DNA of 64,000 bases from Eledone cirrhosa (taxonomy: Eukaryota): contig OZ024740.1 in the NCBI GenBank assembly GCA_964016885.1, positions 257,362,001 to 257,426,000 on the forward strand, written 5' to 3'. Positions 55,868 through 64,000 of this stretch are shown piece by piece; within the stretch, counting starts at the first letter, position 1; every line of letters begins with the position of its first letter. The position numbers were made by a program, and so were the translations under genes. The notes below the pieces were generated by a model. It ran no database searches and had not been told where the DNA came from. It was given only the letters and a program-made list of their open reading frames with translations.

Positions 55868-56362
55868 TTAAGAGATGATCATGTCTTGTTGGTGATGTTG
55901 TCTGTGACAGAAGCAACTTGATTATAGTATGGCTCTACTGGAGACTGTTTAAGGGTAAAAGATAATGATGTGACTACTGTTAAACGTAGGTCATACACTC
56001 CCCCGTCGCATTATATAAAAATAGGTATGCTATTTAAGTTTATACACACGCGCGCGCATAAAAGTAATATTTAAGATTGGGATCTTAAAATTGCGTTTTT
56101 AACATTGGTGTATTAAGGTTGCCTTTTATGATCATTGTGTTAAAAATAAAAGTTTAAGATTGGTAATTTAAAATTGAAATTTCAAGGTAGCGATTTTAAG
56201 ATTGCGATTTAAAGATTGTGACTTTGAAATTGTAATTTTAGAATTAGATTTAAACTTAAGAGATTATTGTATCTTGTTGATGATCTTGTCTGTCACAGAA
56301 TCAACTTGATTATAAAATGGTTCTAGCGGAGATTATTTAGGGGTACAGGATAAGGATATGAC
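55868..56362. repeat. Diverged ~105-bp direct repeats enclosing a degenerate ~13-bp tandem array
   Basis: TTAAGAGAT...TCTTGTTG.TGAT.TTGTCTGT.ACAGAA.CAACTTGATTATA at 55868 and 56256; TTTAAGATTG-like units at 56070-56250. Confidence 0.7.
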
Positions 56363-56559
56363 GGCCTTATTGTCAAACATTTCTTTCCATTGTTTTGTAC
56401 CAAAATGAAGGTCCGACAATGGTTGGCAAAACTTTTGCTAATCCGGATCTTACCTTAATAAGAATTTTACAATTGAGTAAATGCTAGCAAGAGGGAAACC
56501 TAACCACTACACAACTTAAGAAATAAACGAAATTATAAAAAAAAAAAGAAGAAAATATA

Positions 56560-57290
56560 GCTATCTCTCTCTCTCTAGATGCTAAACTCCGCCAACTGCA
56601 GACTGCGCATAAATATGAGATTTTTTTTCTCCACAAAATTCGATCACCAACAGTAGAGTTTAAAGAGCAAAGGATATTATGAAGCCATCGTTTTGGCTGC
56701 CGATCTCTGCTTCTCTTACGAGCCAACTTTCCTTCTAGGCAAAACTTACTCATAACACGAATTGATCTTTTGATATTACCATACATTTTAAGCACAGATG
56801 TGATTGGTCTAAAGCTGGTGATGTTGAGCAGCTCACTGATACAGATACAGTCAGTAAGCCGCTTGTCCAGTCATACGTGTCATGATGTGGTTCTGTAATG
56901 TAGAGAGCTTCTGAAGTGACCGTCTCATCCAATTAACACAGTCAAGACCATATAACACAACTGGTAGGATGTAAGTATCAAAGATCTTAGTCTTCAAATG
57001 ATAGAAAACTCGTTTTGATGTTAGTACTTCCTTGTTCCTGTTGAAAGCTGCCCAACCTAGAGCGGTGTGATAGTGCACAGTGACCATTCATGATTCGACA
57101 TCAAATTCCATACCATCTATGTTAATTACCGAGATATCTCATGCCGTCAAAAATTTGAAGCGAGGAAAAAGCCCTGGATATATACTCAGAATTCATTAAA
57201 GCTGAAGGTGAACCAATTGTCAAAGCACTTCAACATCTTTTTAATTTTATATCACTACAGGAAAAAGCCCAGATATGCTTTAAAAAATCG
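56560..57290 (-). mobile_element. RTE-like LINE fragment with an inverted 5' piece
   Basis: LGWAAF...LKTKIFDTYILPVVLYGLDC; LEGKLARKRSRDRQPKRWL on minus; EISHAVKNLKRGKSPG..IYSEFIKA on plus (57130-57240). Confidence 0.7.
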
Positions 57291-57359
57291 ATATAAATAT
57301 ATATATATATATATATACGATATTAACAAATGGAAACTATATTTATAAAACCATATTTA

Positions 57360-57420
57360 TTTCATTATACATATTTCAAGGACACCAAGTTAAATTATGG
57401 TGTGCTTTCATCAGATAAAA
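57360..57420 (-). ncRNA. Type I hammerhead ribozyme motif, core intact, in a (TA)n-flanked 180-bp island
   Basis: Minus strand: TTTTAT CTGATGA AAGcACACCA-taatttaact-TGGTGTcCTT GAAA TATGTA TA ATGAAA. Confidence 0.78.
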
Positions 57421-57500
57421 TATAATATAGATCAGTTTTATAAATAAATATAGACATACCCTTAAAGAATGCAACCATTACTGTTGGAAGCTCCCGGATA

Positions 57501-57534
<34 letters not shown>

Positions 57535-57541
<7 letters not shown>

Positions 57542-57745
57542 CTAAGTTCTTTCATCACACACCTGTGACATCATCAGTGATACTATGATGTTTCCTCCCA
57601 TTGTATTGTAATGTTTACTTATTTTATTTATTTATTGTTGTCTCTGTTTGTGCTGCATTTGTGTGCGTATTTTCTGTTTGGTGTCTGTTCGTGAGTTTGT
57701 ATCTGGGTCTGTGTATGTTTGTATTCTATCTTTGGTCAATAGTGT
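57535..57745 (-). mobile_element. Inverted pLTR fragment of a Nematis-like PLE with hammerhead core
   Basis: Minus strand: GTATCA CTGATGA TGTCAC-aggtgt-GTGAT GAAA GAACTT, then a few bases and (TA)n; related to 30925-31140. Confidence 0.6.
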
Positions 57746-57749
57746 GTTG

Positions 57750-58108
57750 GGGCTAGTATTAAAACTACACTAAAGGGCCACATGTTCAAATTTAATCACA
57801 AACTTAACACCCAAGATGAAGGAGCAGCCTTTCGCGTCAGCATAATTGGCGATATTGACAACCTAATTATGTTATGATGGGAAAGGAAACTCAGAGAACG
57901 CCTAGCAGAGTACTCCATAGCCCTAATCATATACTCTCGTTACGTAGATGATATCAATATAGTAATAAAAACACCCCCACAAGAGAGTACCAATAAACCT
58001 GAATTAGAAACTAACACCATGGAAGTCACCCAGCAGATAGCTAATTCCATACACCAAAGCATCACAGTAACTCTCGACTACCCTTCCAAACACCCTAACA
58101 TTAGAACG
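57750..58108 (+). pseudogene. PLE reverse transcriptase fragment, Nematis-like
   Basis: Manual translation: LKGHMFKFNHKLNTQDEGAAFRVSIIGDIDNLIML*WERKL...IYSRYVDDINIV...TMEVTQQIANSIHQSITVTLDYPSKHP (absent from the ORF track). Confidence 0.78.
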
Positions 58109-58349
58109 CAGCTATCATGCTGTGTGTGAGTGTATATGTATGTGTGTGTTTATGTAAATGTATGTGTGGTTGTGTGAATATGTATGTGCGTTTGTGTGAA
58201 AGTATGTGTATTTGTGTGAGTGTGTATTTTTGTAAGCGTGTCTCTGTTTGTGCGATTATATTCATATACTCTTACATATAAATGTATATATATGCATATA
58301 CACACACATGCAGACACACACACATATGCGTCACTCTCTCTCCCTCCCC

Positions 58350-58408
<59 letters not shown>

Positions 58409-58963
58409 GTGTGTGTGTGTCACATAGTCACTCTACCTATCTGTATCTCACCTCACACACAATCTCTCTCTCTTTCTTTCTCGCTCTGTCAATATATATG
58501 ATAGTTGAAGTGGTGGTGGTTTAGTTGGGTGTGATAGTGATTATGCATGTGATGGTATGGGGATGATGAAGGTATTTATGACAATATATACATAAAATAA
58601 ACGAGAGATGTTTGTTGGTTGGTTCCTTCAGGCATCACACAAAAATGAAAAATGACAATCGCAAAGTAAGTACAGCAATAATAGGGTATATCTAGGAAGG
58701 TTTATTGATACTAATTCTATAAAATCAAAGAAGAAGAACAGTTGCAATGCACTTGTGCACTGTACACAGTGGCTTTCATTATTCTACATAGAATATCCCG
58801 GGTATGCTAACGAACCTGACTTTATGGCGAAATGTTATGATATCAACGCGAGAAACAGAAGTTGAAATTTGAAACTTTTAACAGAAGTGAATATTGAAAG
58901 ACGCAATAAATCATATATAAACTTATTTATGTTTAATTAAGAGCTACGTACTTTAGTAGATAA

Positions 58964-59865
58964 ACTAGACCACCCGTGACCCGTTGGGTCACGTTCACTT
59001 CAAAATATTTTTTTTTAAATCATGTTCACTTAAAAGTATTTATAAAATAATTAAAATATACACAGATATGTATATGTGAAATGAAACTGGAAGGCCCATA
59101 TATATATACATGTGTGTATATATATATATAAATGTGCCCCAACCCTATAAAATAAAGTTTTCTTTAGAATCTGATTAGAAAAACAATAGGTAACTGTGTA
59201 CATATGCTTTGAAGAATATACATCTTTAAAAAAAAAATTTTACAGCATTAATTTAATCTTATTTTTCACTTACATGGGATCTTTAATTAACGAAGATCTT
59301 CTGGACATCATCAAATCTTTCTATGATAAATAACGAAAAACACTGCCACACATATCTTTTAAATACTTTTGAACAACCCCTGCTGTAACCAATTAACAGA
59401 TTTAACGATTTTTAATATGTTTGTGGAAAAACACTGATAAATCTTTATTTTTTGAAGTCTAAAAACGTATCTAATTCCATGATTTTAATGCACATTGCTT
59501 TGAATGGTATATTTTTCTTGATAATTTGTCTTATGATATTAATTAATGTATTGTTATTTTCTATTACATATATTTCCTGAAGCGATACGTTTTAGGCAGA
59601 GCACCCATACTGGGGTAACTTTATTAATAATATCCAGACTTTTCTCCACAAATTGATGGGTTACTCTAGCTGCATTGAAACGCCCCTAGCGATGTTTAAA
59701 TAAATAATAATAATAATCATTTGTCCTACTGAATTTTGAATTGTAAATGCTCTGCTACTGGGAGTGCACTTTATTCATCCAGTTTCTGCTCGTTCCTGAA
59801 GAACGAAGGGATAAATAAATGCTTCGAGCTTGACTCATTTTAACTATGAAAATAGTGAACTACAC

Positions 59866-59872
<7 letters not shown>
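58964..59872 (+). mobile_element. Possible HINE/Helentron-like non-autonomous element
   Basis: Starts ACTAGACC followed by the hairpin CGTGACCC-gtt-GGGTCACG; AT-rich body ending at (TA)n. Confidence 0.35.
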
Positions 59873-59907
<35 letters not shown>

Positions 59908-60401
59908 GTTTTTAATGTGCTATAGATGGTCTCCATAAGTGACAGCTACTAAACAAAGAAAGTGGGTGAAAGAAGGGAGGGGGATGAGAAAGAGGGGGAC
60001 ACACACTCAAACGCAGGCGGATGATCAGTGAGAAAGATGGAATTATTAACACTATACCACCATTCTTTTCTTTCCCGCCACCGCCACCACCACAAAACCT
60101 CAGTTAAAGAAACCAGTCCTTTACAACTACTTATATAGTTTTGCTTTGAAAATCTGACCTATACTTTTAGCTGGATGAATTAGCTCTCTGTGGGGGTGCA
60201 CCCACTTATAACCCGAGAGTTCATTTGAGGACAGACACAGTATTGTAATGAGAATTGTCACTTAGTTCTTCTATATCATTTCATTATTTCTTTCATTCTT
60301 TCTTTCTTTCTCAAAGTTTCTCTGGGGAATAAAAGTCAAGGAAAATGTTGTATAAGGGAAATAAAAAAATCGTTTTACTACACTATCGTTGTCGATATGT
60401 T

Positions 60402-60690
60402 TAATTGTTTCTACGTTTGGCACAAGGCCAGCAATAACCCAGTGCATTACTGGTACTTTATTTTATCGACCCCCGTAAGGACGAAAGGCAAAGTTAACCT
60501 CGGCGGGATTTGAACACATATTGGAAACGGCCGTAACTCTATGCATCAAAGCATGGCGTCCGACCCTCTACCGATACTGCCAATCCACCACCCTGTCGAT
60601 ATATATAATGATTTCTATTATAGGCACAAGACCAGCAATTGGGGGAGGAGAAAGTCGATTAAATCGACCCCTGTGCATTACTGGTGCTTT
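60402..60690 (-). mobile_element. SINE copy plus an adjacent SINE 3' fragment
   Basis: Reverse complement of the 28766-29027 family (60402-60593 and 60605-60690). Confidence 0.88.
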
Positions 60691-61734
60691 AGGGTAACAC
60701 GTCTATTCCCATGAAAGACAGCGCAGAGAGAGAGAGAAAGAGAGAGAGCGAGACTGAGGAACCGGAAGCGAGGGGGAGGGTAGAAGGCAGAGGGGGTGAG
60801 TAAGAGGAATATAGATCGAGAGGGAGGAGGAAGGGAAGGTAATTAATCCAAAAGTACTACGCATGTTTAGTTAATAACAAGTACGGTGTCTGTGTTTTGG
60901 TAGAGATAAAATATATATCTCCCCGCTGGATGAATTAGTTTCTGTGCTTCACAATTGCAGATATTAAATCTGCCGTGTTCAGATACCTACGTATTATCAG
61001 CAGATAGTTACGTAACCGGGCAAATTGCACGTCTTCAGCTGACGGCCCATGTCAACACTTTGGTCTATTCGTTGGGTATGGTAGCGGTTACCACTTCGAT
61101 AATGAATCTAGCAGTTCGGGCTATTCTTACACTTGACCTCTAATGAAAAAATATATATGTATATATTATATGAAATCCTCAGCAGTAAGTTTTGGCTTAG
61201 ACTGGAGCAGTTAAATACATCCCATACATGATTCGCACTTTTTATACACGCATAAAATGCACATATCTACATAATCACTGATATCATTCTCAAATATATA
61301 GACTTACAAATTATCTTACAATCACATATACAAACGAAAACACAAATACGCACTTACTGTCACTATATACACACACAAACTTTTCAGTTACATATACAAA
61401 CTTCATACATACAAGTACATACTCGTCGACATGCGGTCACAAAACATGACCTCGAATCTGACACAAACATTCACTCAGATAAGTATATATATTCTCCCTA
61501 ATACACACATATAGAGATTTAGAATTTCATACAAACATATGTGTGTTCGCTTTTAGTCCTAAATCTCCTGAAGGATTTGTAGGGGCGTCGCATATACGGT
61601 GTTTCTAGAGCATTTTAAAACCCGGTGGATCCCATCACATCTCCAGGTTTGAGTACAGCTAAATTCCCCGGTGAAGGATAGAAAGTGAGAGAGAAGAAGT
61701 GAGAAAGAGATATAGAGGGTGAATCCAACTCAGT

Positions 61735-61880
61735 ATTAGACTGGTACTTTTATAGCGACCCCGAAAAGATGACAGTCAAAGTTGACTTCGGTGAAATGTC
61801 AAGACAGAGAGCAAAGTGCCGGAACGAATATCGTAAAGCATTATATCCGATGTTTTATCGATTCTGCCAATTCGCCGCCT
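61735..61880 (-). mobile_element. Diverged related SINE copy
   Basis: CTGGTACTTTTATAGCGACCCCGAAAAGATGACAGTCAAAGTTGACTTCGG...GATTCTGCCAATTCGCCGCC. Confidence 0.75.
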
Positions 61881-61999
61881 TCTTACAGTTACATATCTTC
61901 TAGTCGATCTACTTTCGTCAAATCGGACCGAGGAAACTATGTTTCCGTTGGTCTTTCCAATTGCTAATACTATCTATCGGTCGCAACTCCAGGTAGAAG

Positions 62000-62101
62000 G
62001 AGCAACGTGAAATAAAGTGTCTTGCTCAAGGACATAACGCATCGCCTGGTTCAGGAATCGAACTCACAACCTCACGAGTTCGATTCCTGAACCAGGCGAT
62101 G
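62000..62101 (-). mobile_element. CORE-type SINE fragment ending in a perfect 26-bp hairpin
   Basis: GTGAAATAAAGTGTCTTGCTCAAGGACA (CORE-like), then CATCGCCTGGTTCAGGAATCGAACTC-10 nt-GAGTTCGATTCCTGAACCAGGCGATG. Confidence 0.65.
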
Positions 62102-62580
62102 TTACAGTTACATATACAGACACATATATACGTACATTCAAGAATATTATATTCTTTAATACAAATATGTATATTCCTTCATCCGTCCTCACCTACACAT
62201 GTATAGACACATACATCCACACTTGCTCTTACAATCATGTATGCAGACAATCATACACATATAATTACACACAGGTCCACTTTGCGGCTACTTTCAAACA
62301 GACATTCTCACAGATAAATATATTTTTGTTACATACATATACACATATACAGGCACTAATAGAAGTACACACAGAGAGACGCACACATTTACTGATAATG
62401 ATATATACAGACACTTGCATCCACGCACTACATCCATAAACAGTCACAAAAACATGACCTTGAAAACGTCATACACATTAAAACACTCCATTGTGACACA
62501 TGTAAGTTTGTATGTTTTCATATACATACACGTTCAAAGACATTCAGATTTCTTTTCTAATGACACATAACTCTCTCTGT

Positions 62581-62616
<36 letters not shown>

Positions 62617-62639
62617 ACTCTTTCTCTCTCTCTCACTCA

Positions 62640-62678
<39 letters not shown>

Positions 62679-64000
62679 TATCTCTTACGTATATACATAT
62701 ATGTATACACACGCACATATATACAAACATCCATAAAGAAACATAGAGAGACAGATTTAAAAACACGTGTGCTCTGACTTGTACTTACACACACGCACAA
62801 ATAAATACACAAGCATAGACACATTCATACTCAAGTACCTATAAAACAGTATGGAACTACACAAATTAATATTCACTTAAACACACACTCACACACACAC
62901 ATATATAAACATACATACATACACGCACACTTATATATACATATATATATAAACTTACATACATATAAAAGCGCATGTAAATATAGACATATTCACGCAC
63001 ACAAACTATCCACATACACATTGACAAAATTACATAAGCAGCTACCAAATTATAGAAATAATCATATTCGCTCGCTAACACATACACGAACATGCACCAG
63101 CCAGGCATACGCACGGATTCATTACACACACATTAACAAACTGTGTTGAAATATCCACAACCACACATATATACCGTTATAGACACACCCATAAATCCAC
63201 TTATACGAATATGTCTCATATGGAATTAGGGTATAGAATCCCTCAATTGTTCCTTATTTATAAGAATTTAACATGATGTTCCTGTGGGAACGTTGTTTTA
63301 CTCTGGCACACACGATTAAACATATGTGGAAACCTTGTTATATAATATATTGGCCCACACGTTCAGACATAATCCACTTCATGTTTTCCTAGCTGGGAAT
63401 AAAGTAATGAAATGAAATAATATCATAATATATTTGCCGACCATTTGAAAATTCCACGGATTAAAAACAACCAGTAAATATTTAAAGATCAATATGACAT
63501 TGCAACTGTTTTATTTGTGAGTTATATATACGCGCAAATAATATATACAGTATTTAATTACATATATACAAAACAACAACAATAATCGAATTAATTCAAT
63601 ACGTGTCTGAAACAACTAAAATAAAATATGTTATATTCATTTTCACCACAGCCGCTTTTTCTAACGTTCCCTCTCCTCTTAGGCTCAATACGATGCGTGA
63701 AAGAGAAACACATGACACAATATGACGAGAATCGAACACATAACTCTTTAATTACAAGAAGCACTAATATAGACCTCCTTACGAGCTTCACACATGTCCT
63801 CCCCTTTACGACCGGTGATGTATACACACATTTAGCTCCCGTGTTACGCTTCTGGATCAGGTGGACATCGCTTCCGAGTCATGCTTCTGTCTATGCTCGC
63901 AAGGACAAGATCCGGGTGAAGCTTAGACAAGTCATGGCAATGCTGTGTAGTAAGAAAGCTACAGCGTTTTAGGTCCTTTGCTGTAACTTCAAAGCTGGAC

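Noticed and set aside
60945-61143. Possible host exon after a TTGCAG acceptor-like site
   Set aside because: No recognisable protein motif or partner exons; unsupported.

Overview
AT-rich, microsatellite-dense animal DNA; the SINE families and (TA)n density suggest an octopus or other cephalopod (inference). I can support no host protein-coding gene, and most listed ORFs are microsatellite read-throughs. The window is a retroelement graveyard: L1/Tx1-like LINEs, R4/Dong-like RLE LINEs, RTE fragments, many copies of a tRNA-derived SINE, Helentron/HINE-like and hAT-like non-autonomous DNA elements, and Penelope-like elements (PLEs) resembling at least three clades (Neptune, Naiad, Nematis). The main hidden structure is about ten inverted-repeat or tandem non-coding islands (0.15-1.2 kb) sitting inside (TA)n tracts. 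Many carry type I hammerhead ribozyme (HHR) motifs: CUGANGA - stem II - GAAA - short self-complementary stem/loop III - UH, closed by stem I. One island is demonstrably the 3' end of the Neptune-like PLE family present at 37.3-41.1 kb. Another is an ORF-less, terminally redundant ~521-bp HHR unit (retrozyme-like). Together these point to a (TA)n-targeting PLE/hammerhead system that leaves fold-back footprints. The SINE also appears to share its 3' tail with the Tx1-like LINE. Coordinates were read by eye and are approximate; ribozyme activity is untested.
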